Shown here piece after piece: positions 29,952 to 42,179 of a stretch of DNA of 64,000 nt. The notes beneath the pieces are model-generated. The model was given only the letters and a program-made list of their open reading frames with translations, was not told the DNA's origin and did no database searches. Location of the stretch: NCBI GenBank assembly GCA_034431435.1, contig DAOUDG010000016.1:70574-134573 (forward strand). Reading direction: 5' to 3'. Within the stretch, counting starts at the first letter, position 1. Each line of letters opens with the position of its first letter. This stretch comes from Anaerolineae bacterium. GTDB lineage: Bacteria; Chloroflexota; Anaerolineae; Epilineales; JAHCIE01. The position numbers and the translations under genes were made by a program.

Positions 29952-31067
29952 ATGCGCGTATTGATGCTGTCCAAGGCCCTCGTCGTCGGCGCGTACCAGC
30001 GCAAGGTCGAGGAGCTGGCCGCCCTGCCCGACGTAGACCTGACCGTGGTCGTGCCGCCTGCCTGGCGCGAGGGCACGACCACGCTGACTCTCGACCGCGC
30101 CTACACCCACGGCTACCGCCTGGTGGTCGAGCCGCTGCGCTTCAACGGTCGCCATCACGTCCATACCTACCCCGGCCTGGGTCGCCGTCTGGACGAGGCG
30201 CGCCCCGACATCCTCCACATCGACGAGGAACCCTACAACCTCGTCACGGGCCACACCCTGTGGCTCGCCCAGCGGCGCGGCATCCCGGCCCTCTTCTTCA
30301 CCTGGCAGAACATCCTGCGCCAGTACCCGCCGCCGTTCCGTCTCATCGAGCGCTATAGCTACCGCACCGCGCGCCACGCCCTGGCTGGCAACCGCGAGGC
30401 GGCCGACGTGCTGCGCGCCAAGGGCTACCGCGGCCCCGTCAGCGTCATTCCCCAGTTCGGTGTCGATCCGGAACAGTTCAAGCCTGCCCAGCGCGACGGC
30501 GACGGTCCCTTCCGTATCGGCTATCTGGGGCGTTGGGAGCCGTACAAGGGCGTGGACCTGCTGCTGGACGCAGCGGCCGGGCTGCCCGATGACTGGCGTG
30601 TCGAGCTACGCGGTGGCGGCTCGGCCGGTGACGCCCTGCGCGCCCAGGCCGCGCGCCTCGGCATCGCCGACCGCGTCGACTTCGCTCCCTACGCGCCCTC
30701 TACCGACGTGCCGCGCTACATGGCCCGCCTGGACGCGCTGATCCTCCCGTCGCGGACGACGGCGTCGTGGAAGGAGCAGTTTGGCCGCGTGCTCATTGAG
30801 GCGATGGCCAGCGGCGTGCCGGTGGTGGGGTCGGATAGCGGGGAGATCCCGAATGTCATCGGCGACGCGGGGCTGATCTTCCCCGAAGGCGATGCGCTCG
30901 CCCTGCGCGAGCGCCTGGCGCGGCTCATGGCCGACGCCGCCCTACGGCGCGACCTGGCCGCCCGCGGCCGCGCCCGCGTCCTGGCCCACTACACCCACGC
31001 ACAGATCGCCCGCGAGACGTGGCAGGTGTACCAGACGCTGCTGGAGGCCCCTTCTCCCCCTGGGTGA
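29952..31067 (+). CDS. Glycosyltransferase family 4
   Basis: GT4 C-terminal motif (IEAMASGVPVVGSDSGEIPNVIGDAGLIF). ATG 29952, with an alternative GTG at 29943. Confidence 0.65.
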   Translation: MRVLMLSKALVVGAYQRKVEELAALPDVDLTVVVPPAWREGTTTLTLDRAYTHGYRLVVEPLRFNGRHHVHTYPGLGRRLDEARPDILHIDEEPYNLVTGHTLWLAQRRGIPALFFTWQNILRQYPPPFRLIERYSYRTARHALAGNREAADVLRAKGYRGPVSVIPQFGVDPEQFKPAQRDGDGPFRIGYLGRWEPYKGVDLLLDAAAGLPDDWRVELRGGGSAGDALRAQAARLGIADRVDFAPYAPSTDVPRYMARLDALILPSRTTASWKEQFGRVLIEAMASGVPVVGSDSGEIPNVIGDAGLIFPEGDALALRERLARLMADAALRRDLAARGRARVLAHYTHAQIARETWQVYQTLLEAPSPPG

Positions 31068-31082
31068 GGGTCCTGGCGTCGC

Positions 31083-32009
31083 CTACTTCTTCTTTTTCTT
31101 CTCTGGCTGGGGTTGGGGAGTCGGGGGGGGTGTGGGGGTCGGGGTAGCTTCGATCTCCGCGACGGCGCGGCTGGCGGCGTAGTCCGTGTGAACAGGCACG
31201 TAAGGCAGGCCTTCCCAGTCCCGCTGCATCTGCTCGTAGACGGCGGTTGCCATCCACGCTGAGCCTGCCCACGTCAGATGCACACCATCATTGGAACGAA
31301 CCTGCATCCATTCACCGTCTCGATTGGGCAGCGAGCCAGCGTATTCGCCATTGTCGTCGGTGAAGAGCGGCCAGACATCCACCACATGCACCCAGGGGCG
31401 GCTGGCGGCGGCCTGCTGGATGGCCTCGTTGACCAGAACCATCGTCTCGTTGCGGAAGGGGTCAGCCATGCTCGGCGCGCTGACCCAGTACATCACCGCG
31501 CCGCCCTGGTGGGCCAGGTCCATCATGTAGCCTGCGCGGTCGATGTACTCTTGCTGCCAGCCCGGTGTGCCCACGTGGACCACGCGGCCGTCGCGGCGCA
31601 TAGTCAAGATATCGTTCGTGCCCAGCGAGACGACGAGCGCCTCTGGCCCTTGTGTGGCCAGGAGATAGCTAAGGCGCGACGGCCAGTCGAAGTAGGGGGG
31701 GTAGGCAAGGCCCGAACCGACGCGGAAATCGCGCGTGACGCGCAGCATGCCGTCGTGCCGCGCGAGGCCCACCATCGCGGTGGCGAGGGGGCCAGCGAGC
31801 GAGTCGCCGACAATGAGCACATTCAGCGGCGCGGCGGGGGACACGTCGCGGCCGAAAAAGGCAACGGGGGCGGGGGGTGGGCCTTCGGCGGCGGCCGGGA
31901 CGGCCGCGAGGCCGGCCAACAGGGCCAACGCAGCCACCAGGAGCGCGCAGAGCGCGATGAGGGACGCCGACGGCCGTATCTGTGCGGCGGGACGATGCGG
32001 GTCAGGCAT
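31083..32009 (-). CDS. Secreted SGNH/GDSL-family hydrolase with Pro/Thr-rich linker and C-terminal penta-lysine tail
   Basis: Signal peptide from ATG 32009 (MPDPHRPAAQIRPSASLIALCALLVAALALLAGLAAVPAAA). VLIVGDSLAG nucleophile motif, and VSLGTNDI block II. C-terminus is TPTPTPPPTPQPQPEKKKKK. Confidence 0.6.
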   Translation of the reverse strand: MPDPHRPAAQIRPSASLIALCALLVAALALLAGLAAVPAAAEGPPPAPVAFFGRDVSPAAPLNVLIVGDSLAGPLATAMVGLARHDGMLRVTRDFRVGSGLAYPPYFDWPSRLSYLLATQGPEALVVSLGTNDILTMRRDGRVVHVGTPGWQQEYIDRAGYMMDLAHQGGAVMYWVSAPSMADPFRNETMVLVNEAIQQAAASRPWVHVVDVWPLFTDDNGEYAGSLPNRDGEWMQVRSNDGVHLTWAGSAWMATAVYEQMQRDWEGLPYVPVHTDYAASRAVAEIEATPTPTPPPTPQPQPEKKKKK

Positions 32010-32136
32010 GGCTGGTATTGTACCCCCATCGCGGCGCGCGGGCAAGTGACGGAGTCGTTCGGCCTTCCCGCTTGGGGCGATTCGGCGGTATACTTGGGCC
32101 ATTCGCGCCCACCTTCTCGACCAGCGAGGACTCACC

Positions 32137-33471
32137 ATGACCGCGCCTGTTGACGCCGCCGCGCGCCCCTGGGTGCCCGGCCCCCTTGAGACTGCCATCC
32201 AGGAGCGCGCAGCCACCTACCGCACCCTGGACGCCGATGCCGTCGAGGCCGAGGTCCACCGCCTCCTCGACGACCACGAACGCTACATGGACCACGAGTG
32301 CATCAGCCTGTATGCGGGGACCAACGTCATGAACCCACGGGCGGTGCGTCTCCTGGCGACCAGCGTCGGTAGCCGCCCCAGCCTCGGCTACCCCGGCGAC
32401 AAGTACGAGATGGGCATGCAATATGCCGAGCAGCTCGAAATCCTGGCCGCCGAGGTGCTCAAGGACCTGTTCCACGCCCGCTACGTTGAGTATCGCGTTG
32501 GCAGCGGCTCCCTCGCCAACCTGTACGCCTACATGGTCTGTGCGCGCCCCGGCGACCTGATGCTGGCCTTCCCGCCAGAAGCGGCCGGTCACGTCGGCCA
32601 TCACGAGGGCGGCGCGGCCGGGTTGTACGGGCTGGACGTACGCACTGTCCCCTTCGACGGCCGGCGCATGGCCGTCGACCTGGACGGCCTGGCCCGCGAG
32701 GCGCGGGCGTTGAAGCCCAAGATTATCATGGTCGCAGGCAGCATGTGCCTGTTCCCCTACGACGTGCCCGCCGTGCGCGCGATTGCCGACGAGGTCGGCG
32801 CGTATGTGGTATACGACGCGGCCCATATGTCGGGCCTCATCGCCAGCGGCGCGTTCCAGCAGCCCCTGGCCGAGGGCGCGCACCTACTGACTTGCTCAAC
32901 GTATAAGTCCTTCGGTGGCCCGCCATCGGGCCTGGTGCTCACCAACGACGCCGAGCTGGCCCAGCGGCTCGAGTATGTCGCCTACCCCGGCATGACGGCT
33001 AACTTTGACCTGAGCAAGACGGCGGCGCTGATTGTCGCGGCCCTGGACCTGCGCGAGCATGGCCCGGCCTATGCTCAGATGTGCATCGACAACGCCGTAG
33101 CCCTGGCGACCGCTCTGGACGCCAAGGGCGTGCCGGTGTATCACGTCGAGGGACGGGGCTTTACGGCCAGCCAGCACGTCGGCCTGCCCGCCCAACGTTA
33201 CGGCGGCGGCACGCCCGGCTCGCGCCTTCTCGAGCGCGCCAACATCCTGGTCAGCGGCATCGGGCTGCCGGGGCCGACATGTCCGAATGATTTCAACGCC
33301 ATCCGCATCGGCACCCAGGAGGTCACCCGCTGGGGCATGACGCCCGACAGCATGGTCGAGGTGGCGAAGCTGATGGCCCGCGTCCTGGTCGGCGGTGGCG
33401 ACCCGGCCGCCGTGCGCGAGGACGTGATCGCCCTGCGGCGCAACTACCAGACGCTGCACTACCTTCGCTAG
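32137..33471 (+). CDS. Serine hydroxymethyltransferase-family PLP enzyme (divergent)
   Basis: SHMT family landmarks are present but altered: LYAGTNVMN (vs LIASENYTS), GYPGDKYEMG (vs GYPGKRYYGG), and TCSTYKSFGGPPSG with the PLP lysine (vs TTTTHKTLRGPRGG). Confidence 0.6.
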   Translation: MTAPVDAAARPWVPGPLETAIQERAATYRTLDADAVEAEVHRLLDDHERYMDHECISLYAGTNVMNPRAVRLLATSVGSRPSLGYPGDKYEMGMQYAEQLEILAAEVLKDLFHARYVEYRVGSGSLANLYAYMVCARPGDLMLAFPPEAAGHVGHHEGGAAGLYGLDVRTVPFDGRRMAVDLDGLAREARALKPKIIMVAGSMCLFPYDVPAVRAIADEVGAYVVYDAAHMSGLIASGAFQQPLAEGAHLLTCSTYKSFGGPPSGLVLTNDAELAQRLEYVAYPGMTANFDLSKTAALIVAALDLREHGPAYAQMCIDNAVALATALDAKGVPVYHVEGRGFTASQHVGLPAQRYGGGTPGSRLLERANILVSGIGLPGPTCPNDFNAIRIGTQEVTRWGMTPDSMVEVAKLMARVLVGGGDPAAVREDVIALRRNYQTLHYLR

Positions 33472-33658
33472 CCGCGCGCCTCTACGTAGGGGGCGGGCCG
33501 CTGTCTGCGTGGTACAATGCCCAGGGAACTGAGGTGGGTCGCGCTGCTACGGAACTGATGGCCAGTGTCCGTCTCGACCAGGTCACAGGCTCAAATTGCG
33601 CCATAACGAATGGCGCTGCATTTCCCCACCGCCGAGGATTCAGCCATAGGAGGCACAT

Positions 33659-34084
33659 ATGAACAAGGAAACTCTGATCCAACGCCTGAACGAAGACTTG
33701 GCCGGCGAGCTGGGGGCCATTATCCAGTACATCACCTACGCCGCCAAGGCCACCGGGCCGTATCGCCCCCAATTGTCTCAGTTCTTCCTGACCGAGGTGG
33801 CCGACGAGCAGCTGCACGCCCAGTTCCTCGCCAACAAGATCGTCGCCCTGGGCGGCGAGCCGACCACCACACCGCGCCCCGTGCCCGCTGCACGCACCAA
33901 TCGCGAGATGCTGGAGGCGGTGCTGGTCGCCGAGCGCCAGGCGACCCGCGACTACTCGCAGCGCGCCGACGAAGCGGCCGAGTACGGCGACAAGGGCTTG
34001 CAGGTGCAGTTGGAGGACATGGTGCGCGACGAGAGCGGCCACTCCGAGGAGACCGAGCGCATCCTGCGCGACTGGCCGCTGTAG
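33659..34084 (+). CDS. Ferritin-like domain protein (bacterioferritin/rubrerythrin-like four-helix bundle)
   Basis: 141 aa. E...EQLH and E...H spacing fits a ferritin-like di-metal site (EVADEQLHAQ...ESGHSEETE). RBS AGGAGG 7 nt upstream. Confidence 0.55.
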   Translation: MNKETLIQRLNEDLAGELGAIIQYITYAAKATGPYRPQLSQFFLTEVADEQLHAQFLANKIVALGGEPTTTPRPVPAARTNREMLEAVLVAERQATRDYSQRADEAAEYGDKGLQVQLEDMVRDESGHSEETERILRDWPL

Positions 34085-34143
34085 ATTTCGCTCGCCCGCT
34101 CGTCTTGAAAAGGCGGGCGCATGTGGTATAATCAGAAGTTGTT

Positions 34144-35373
34144 ATGGAAGGTTCTACCCGGCGGCGAGGACCAGGCGTGGCCTCGCCACGCCCGCGTATC
34201 GGCCTGAGCGCGCATCTGCTGTCCCTATCGGAGGACTACCGAGGCGCGGGTATCAACCGCTACATCTACGGGCTGCTGACCCACCTACCCGCCGCAGCGC
34301 CGCACCTGGCGTTCACGGCCTTTGTGGCCGACCGCCGCCTGGCCGACGACCCACCGAACGGCCTGGCGCTGGCTTTTCCGCGCTGGCCGACCCAGTCGCG
34401 GCGGGCGGCGCGTATCGCCTGGGAACAGGTCGCCCAGCCGCTGGCCCTACGCCGCGAGGGGGTGGACCTGGTCCACGGCTTGGCCTACGCCCTGCCCGCC
34501 CTGCGCGGGGCGCGAAGCGTGGTGACCGTCCACGACCTGACCGTCTTGCTGTATCCCGAAGCTTTCAACAGGACGAACCGCCTCTACGTGTCCACCATCA
34601 CCCGCGAGTCCGTCCGCCGCGCGGACGCCATCATTGCCGACTCCGCCAACACCCGCGCCGACATCATTCGGCTGCTGGGTGTCGCGCCGGACAGGGTCGT
34701 CGCTATTCCGCTGGGCATCGATGCCCAGTACCGTCCCGCTCCCCCCGCCGAGGTCGAGGCGTTGCGGCAGCGGTATGGCTTGCCCCCGCGTTTCATCCTC
34801 TATCTCGGCACGCTGGAACCGCGCAAGAACATCGAGACGCTGGTCAGGGCCTACGCCGCGCTCCGGCGGCAGGACCCTGCCGCGCCCCAGCTGGTCATCG
34901 CGGGTGGCGCGGGCTGGCGCTATCAGGCTGTATTTGAGTTGGTCGAAGCTCTGGGCCTGAAGGACAGGGTTCTCTTCCCCGGCTTTGTGCCCCAGGCCGA
35001 GCTACCCACCTGGTACAGTGCGGCCGAGCTGTTCGTGTATCCCTCGCGGTATGAGGGCTTCGGCCTGCCACCCCTGGAGGCGATGGCCTGCGGCGCGCCG
35101 GTCATCACCTCCACCGCTTCATCGCTGCCAGAGGTCGTCGGCGACGCGGGCATGCAGGTCGAGGCGACGGACGTTGACGCGCTGGCCGAAGCCGTGCGCG
35201 GGGCGCTGGCCGACGTTGACCTGCGCGCCGACCTGCGGGCGCGGGGGCTGGCGCGGGCGGCAACCTTCACCTGGCAGCGCACCGCCCAGGCGACGGCGGC
35301 CGTGTACGATGCGGTGCTGGCGGGCCGCACCCTGCCCCACCGGGCGGCGGCCACGGCGGGGGGCGGCGCGTGA
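34144..35373 (+). CDS. Glycosyltransferase family 4
   Basis: [33 protein letters not shown] motif. Stop overlaps the start of the next gene. Confidence 0.7.
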   Translation: MEGSTRRRGPGVASPRPRIGLSAHLLSLSEDYRGAGINRYIYGLLTHLPAAAPHLAFTAFVADRRLADDPPNGLALAFPRWPTQSRRAARIAWEQVAQPLALRREGVDLVHGLAYALPALRGARSVVTVHDLTVLLYPEAFNRTNRLYVSTITRESVRRADAIIADSANTRADIIRLLGVAPDRVVAIPLGIDAQYRPAPPAEVEALRQRYGLPPRFILYLGTLEPRKNIETLVRAYAALRRQDPAAPQLVIAGGAGWRYQAVFELVEALGLKDRVLFPGFVPQAELPTWYSAAELFVYPSRYEGFGLPPLEAMACGAPVITSTASSLPEVVGDAGMQVEATDVDALAEAVRGALADVDLRADLRARGLARAATFTWQRTAQATAAVYDAVLAGRTLPHRAAATAGGGA

Positions 35374-36797
35374 ACCCCGACTTTCGCCGCCGCTGGAAGG
35401 TCGCCACTGTCATCGGCGACGCGATTCTGATTCTGGTAGGCTTTGCCCTGGCCTACTGGCTGCGCTACCACGTCCAATGGATTGAGCCGGTCGATGAGGC
35501 GAACTTCGTCGAGTTCAGCGCGTACTATGGGTCGGCGCTGCTGCTGCTGGTCATTCTGCTGCTGGCCTACAAGATCGAGGGCCTGTACGACCAGCGCCGC
35601 ACCGCGTCCTGGCTGGACTCGGTCTATCTCATCTTCAGCGGAACCGTGGTGGGTGTCGCCGCCCTCATCGTCTGGTACTTCTCCTCGCGCCCCCTGGCCG
35701 TCTCGCGCCTCATGCTCCTCTACGCCGCCGTCATCATCGTCGTGCTTGTCTCCCTCAGCCGCCTGGTAGGGGGGGCGATCCGCCGCTCGCTACACCGGCG
35801 CGGCGTCGCCACCGACCGCCTGCTCATCGTTGGGGCGGGCGAGGTCGGCCGCGCCATCATGGGCAACATCGTCGCCCAGCCGGGCCTGGGCTATCAGGTC
35901 ATCGGTTACGTCGACGATGACCCCGAGAAGGCCGGCGGCTCCATCGGCCGCTTCCCATCCCTCGGCACGATTGCCGATACAACTGGCGTGCTTAGGGATT
36001 ACCAGATTGACGACGTGATTATCACCCTGCCCTGGTACGCCCGCGATAGCATCCACCGCGTACTGGAAGCGTGTGAGAGGATGGGCGTCCGGACGCGCAT
36101 CGTGCCCGACATGTTTCAGATGCGCCTGAACCAGGTGCACATTGAGACCATCAACGGCATCCCGCTCATTGGCGTCCGCGACACCAACATTCGCGGCTGG
36201 AATCGCGCCGTCAAGCGCGGCCTGGACGTGGCGCTGGCCTCGCTGGCCGTCCTCGTCACCTCACCCATCATGGCGCTCGTCGCAGCCGCCATCAAGCTCG
36301 ACTCGCCGGGGCCGGTCCTGTATCGACAGACACGGGTGGGCATGAATGGCCACGAATTCACGGTCTACAAGTTCCGCTCGATGCGTGTTGACGCCGACCA
36401 GGAGCTTGTCAAGCTCCAGGCTCACAACGAGGCCAGCGGACCCCTGTTCAAGATGCGCGACGACCCGCGCCGCACCCGCGTCGGCCGCTTCCTGCGCCGC
36501 ACCAGCCTGGATGAGCTGCCCCAGTTCTTCAATGTCCTGCTGGGCGACATGAGCCTGGTCGGCCCACGCCCCCCCGTGCCCAACGAAGTTGAGCAGTACG
36601 ACGACTGGCATCGGCGGCGGCTCGAAGTGGCGCCCGGCATCACCGGCCTGTGGCAGGTGAGCGGCCGCAGCAACCTGACCTTCGACGAGATGGTTATGCT
36701 GGACCTGTACTACGCGGAGAACTGGTCGCTGGGCCTGGACATGAAGATTCTGCTGCGCACCATCCCCACCGTCCTCCTGGGCGATGGCGCGTACTGA
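35370..36797 (+). CDS. Polyprenyl-phosphate hexose-1-phosphate transferase (bacterial sugar transferase, WbaP/CpsE-like priming enzyme)
   Basis: N-terminal TM helices, a Rossmann-like middle, and a C-terminal Bac_transf domain with [13 protein letters not shown] and LDLYY motifs. Confidence 0.75.
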   Translation: MNPDFRRRWKVATVIGDAILILVGFALAYWLRYHVQWIEPVDEANFVEFSAYYGSALLLLVILLLAYKIEGLYDQRRTASWLDSVYLIFSGTVVGVAALIVWYFSSRPLAVSRLMLLYAAVIIVVLVSLSRLVGGAIRRSLHRRGVATDRLLIVGAGEVGRAIMGNIVAQPGLGYQVIGYVDDDPEKAGGSIGRFPSLGTIADTTGVLRDYQIDDVIITLPWYARDSIHRVLEACERMGVRTRIVPDMFQMRLNQVHIETINGIPLIGVRDTNIRGWNRAVKRGLDVALASLAVLVTSPIMALVAAAIKLDSPGPVLYRQTRVGMNGHEFTVYKFRSMRVDADQELVKLQAHNEASGPLFKMRDDPRRTRVGRFLRRTSLDELPQFFNVLLGDMSLVGPRPPVPNEVEQYDDWHRRRLEVAPGITGLWQVSGRSNLTFDEMVMLDLYYAENWSLGLDMKILLRTIPTVLLGDGAY

Positions 36798-36892
36798 CGT
36801 AAGACTCCTCGCCTGTCGCGGCTCAAACAAGCAGCAGAATGGGGCGCCGTCGGCCGCGGGCCGGCGGCTAGCATGTTTTGAGGGTACAAGCC

Positions 36893-37189
36893 GTGCCAAC
36901 GTACGTTTACGAATGCAAGACGTGTGGCGAGTTCGAGAAGTGGCAGTCGTTCAGTGAGAATGCGCTGGCGGTCTGTCCCACCTGTGGGGGGGCGGTCCGC
37001 CGACTGATCACACCCGCGCCCATCGTGTTCAAGGGATCGGGCTGGTACAGCACCGACAAGGCAGGCAGTTCGTCCAAGACCGTGGGAACAAGCGGCGAGA
37101 AGAAGAGCGATACCGTAGCCACCAACGGCGCCGAGAAGAAGAGCGAGACGCCCGCGGCCAGCGAGGCTCCAGCGCCCGCGAGCGAGTGA
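36893..37189 (+). CDS. FmdB-family zinc-ribbon protein
   Basis: VPTYVYECKTCGEF...CPTCGG CxxC...CxxC ribbon. Probable GTG start 36893; the track ORF starts at 36878. Ser/Lys-rich acidic tail. Confidence 0.6.
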   Translation: MPTYVYECKTCGEFEKWQSFSENALAVCPTCGGAVRRLITPAPIVFKGSGWYSTDKAGSSSKTVGTSGEKKSDTVATNGAEKKSETPAASEAPAPASE

Positions 37190-37288
37190 CGTTGACAGGC
37201 CGCGCCGGATAGCCATCACCCACCGCAAGCGAAGCGCGGGATGTGACCATCCCGCGCGAGCCTATCCATTCTGCCTCGTCTGTCGCCC

Positions 37289-37585
37289 CTAGACCACCGT
37301 GTCGAGGGGCACGATCTTGAAGCGGAAGTTGGTCACAAACTCGCCCAACTGCTCGTGGAGGCTGCGCCACTCGCGCGTGTTCATGATGCGTAGCGCCGTG
37401 GGCCGGTCCTCGGCCGCCCAGCCAATGCTCATCTGCGGCACATCCTGACCATACAGGGTTGACCAGATATCGATCAGCCGCATGTCCAGCCGCACCATGC
37501 GCGGGATGAACGTCTTGGCGACAAACTCAATGTGAGGCTCTTCCTTGCCTGGCCGGACATCCCAAGTCATCAGCAGTTTGACCAT
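37289..37585 (-). CDS. Hypothetical protein (98 aa)
   Basis: Complete ORF with lower GC and a balanced amino-acid composition, unlike the GC-artefact ORFs. No family recognised. Confidence 0.4.
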   Translation of the reverse strand: MVKLLMTWDVRPGKEEPHIEFVAKTFIPRMVRLDMRLIDIWSTLYGQDVPQMSIGWAAEDRPTALRIMNTREWRSLHEQLGEFVTNFRFKIVPLDTVV

Positions 37586-37704
37586 AGCCTATCCTCGTGG
37601 CGGGCGGCCCGACTGGCGACCGCCGGGGAAATGATAATCTGTTCCCGGTGATTATGCAAACGATTGTCATGCGAAGGACGGATGATGCGGCGGCAGACGG
37701 CTGA

Positions 37705-37733
37705 TTGACAGCCGCTCGGCCTGGGTGTACAAT
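37705..37733 (+). promoter_or_regulatory. Consensus sigma70 promoter TTGACA-17-TACAAT driving the valS leader
   Basis: Perfect -35 hexamer and a near-perfect -10 with 17-nt spacing, about 7 nt before the start of the T-box leader. Confidence 0.5.
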
Positions 37734-37739
37734 ACGTGG

Positions 37740-38022
37740 CAAGCTAATAGCGCAGGACTGGGAACAGGAGGAGTACGCGTCGCCTGCCCGCTAGAGAAGG
37801 AGGGCCACCGGCTGGAAGCCCGCCACGGGAAGGGACGCCGAAGGTCGCCTGGGAGTCGGTGGACTGAAGCGGGCGCGCGCCGTGGGTAAGTCCACCCGGG
37901 TCAGCCCGTTATCGCTTCGAGCGCTCGGCGACGAGGGCGGCCCACCGGCCGCGCCGCCGGGAAGCAAGGTGGTACCACGCGAGGTTTCAGCCCCTCTCGT
38001 CCTTGAGACGAGGGGGGTTTTG
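37740..38022 (+). promoter_or_regulatory. T-box riboswitch leader (tRNA-sensing), presumably tRNA-Val specific, with intrinsic terminator
   Basis: T-box motif AAGCAAGGTGGTACCACGCG at 37961-37981 (consensus AANNNGGGTGGNACCGCG). F-box CCGTTA at 37906-37911. AGAGA-containing Stem I region at about 37790. Terminator hairpin CCCCTCTCGTC-cttga-GACGAGGGGGG followed by TTTT at 37990-38020. Candidate GUC specifier at about 37840. Confidence 0.6.
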
Positions 38023-38104
38023 TATTTCGACCACTGACGAAGGACGACTGGGCCGCGCGCCGCTGGCCCTTCACCCCGAGCCCCGGGTCGAACCAGGAGG
38101 CTGT

Positions 38105-40837
<2,733 letters not shown>

Positions 40838-40893
40838 CGACATCGGGCTGGGCGCGAGTCTGCTGTGCTGTTTGCGCGCTGAGGTCACGAAGC

Positions 40894-40962
40894 CCACCCA
40901 GGACACGGAGCGGAGAACCGAACTTCATCGCCTTGTGTCCTGGGTGGGCCTGGTGCGTTTTC
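40894..40962 (+). terminator. Putative valS terminator: 14-bp inverted repeat CCCACCCAGGACAC / GTGTCCTGGGTGGG followed by GCGTTTTCT
   Basis: Perfect 14-bp arms with a long (28-nt) loop, 57 nt after the valS stop. U-run at 40958-40962. Confidence 0.4.
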
Positions 40963-41126
40963 TGGTTGGCATGCACCCGACATCTCGCGCCTGGAGAGTC
41001 TCGGTTGCCAGCCCAGCCTGTTCTATGGTATAGTGTCTATCAGGATGGACATCGCGCTATGATATGATGAAGCTCAGACGCTTCCGCGCCTGCCGAGTCT
41101 CGCTCTTCTATACCCGGAGGTGAGCC

Positions 41127-42155
41127 ATGTCGAAACGCAGCAAGGCCAAGCCGCACGACGCGAACGGCGCGCCCGGCCACACCGACGGCGCAGCGAAGGA
41201 GAAACCTGTCCCCAACGCCGCCGCGTCGCCCCTGACACCCCCTTCAGCAGCGGCATCCTCGCTGCCCGCGTCGCCGCCACCCGCTACTCCGCCCACCCAC
41301 TCGCCTGACACCCGCACCCGGCGCGGCAAGAAGGGCGCGTCCGCCCGCCAGGTCGGCCACGACCCCGACCGCCGCCGGGAGAAGCTCGACAACCGCGCCT
41401 ACGCGCGTGAGCTGGCGCGGCTGCAAGTCGAGCTGGTCAAGCTCCAGGAGTGGGTCAAGTACCAGGGCCTCAGAGTCGTGGTACTCTTTGAGGGCCGCGA
41501 CGCAGCGGGCAAGGGCGGCGCCATCAAGCGCATCACCGAGACCCTCAACCCGCGTTACTGCCGCATCGCCGCCCTACCTGCGCCCACCGACCGCGAGAAG
41601 ACGCAATGGTACTTCCAGCGCTACATCACCCATCTGCCCGCCGCGGGCGAGATGGTTCTCTTCGACCGCAGCTGGTACAACCGCGCCGGGGTCGAGCGGG
41701 TGATGGGCTTCTGCAGCGACGAGGAATACTGGGAGTTCCTGCGCTCGTGTCCAGAGTTCGAGCGGATGCTCATTCGTTCCGGCATCATCCTCATCAAGTA
41801 CTGGTTCTCAGTCAGCGACGAGGAGCAAGAGCGACGCTTCCAGGACCGTATCGATGACCCCACCAAACGCTGGAAGCTCAGCCCGATGGATATGGAGTCG
41901 CGCGCCCGCTGGGTCGAATACTCCAAGGCCAAAGACACCATGTTCGCCTATACTGACACCAAGCAGTCGCCGTGGTTCGTGGTCGACGCCGACGACAAGA
42001 AACGCGCGCGCCTCAACTGCATCGCCCACCTGCTAACCTTGATCCCCTACGAAGACCTGACGCCGCCGCCCCTGGCCCTCCCGCCCCGCCAGCAGGACAA
42101 GGGCTACGTGCGGCCCCCCATCAACGAACAAAGTTGGGTGCCGGACATCCTCTAG
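41127..42155 (+). CDS. ppk2: Polyphosphate kinase 2 (PPK2) with ~100-aa low-complexity N-terminal extension
   Basis: Core has PPK2 Walker A FEGRDAAGKGG and lid region DRSWYNR. The N-terminal 100 aa is Pro/Ala/Ser/Thr-rich. Confidence 0.75.
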   Translation: MSKRSKAKPHDANGAPGHTDGAAKEKPVPNAAASPLTPPSAAASSLPASPPPATPPTHSPDTRTRRGKKGASARQVGHDPDRRREKLDNRAYARELARLQVELVKLQEWVKYQGLRVVVLFEGRDAAGKGGAIKRITETLNPRYCRIAALPAPTDREKTQWYFQRYITHLPAAGEMVLFDRSWYNRAGVERVMGFCSDEEYWEFLRSCPEFERMLIRSGIILIKYWFSVSDEEQERRFQDRIDDPTKRWKLSPMDMESRARWVEYSKAKDTMFAYTDTKQSPWFVVDADDKKRARLNCIAHLLTLIPYEDLTPPPLALPPRQQDKGYVRPPINEQSWVPDIL

Positions 42156-42179
42156 CCTGTCCGGCCCAGGAGCGCCAGC

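Noticed and set aside
33659-34084. Ferritin-like protein as an aldehyde-deformylating oxygenase partner for the AAR-like reductase
   Set aside because: At 141 aa it is much shorter than ADO (~230 aa), lies 4 kb away in a different operon, and its motif spacing fits small bacterioferritin-like proteins better. The link is not supported.
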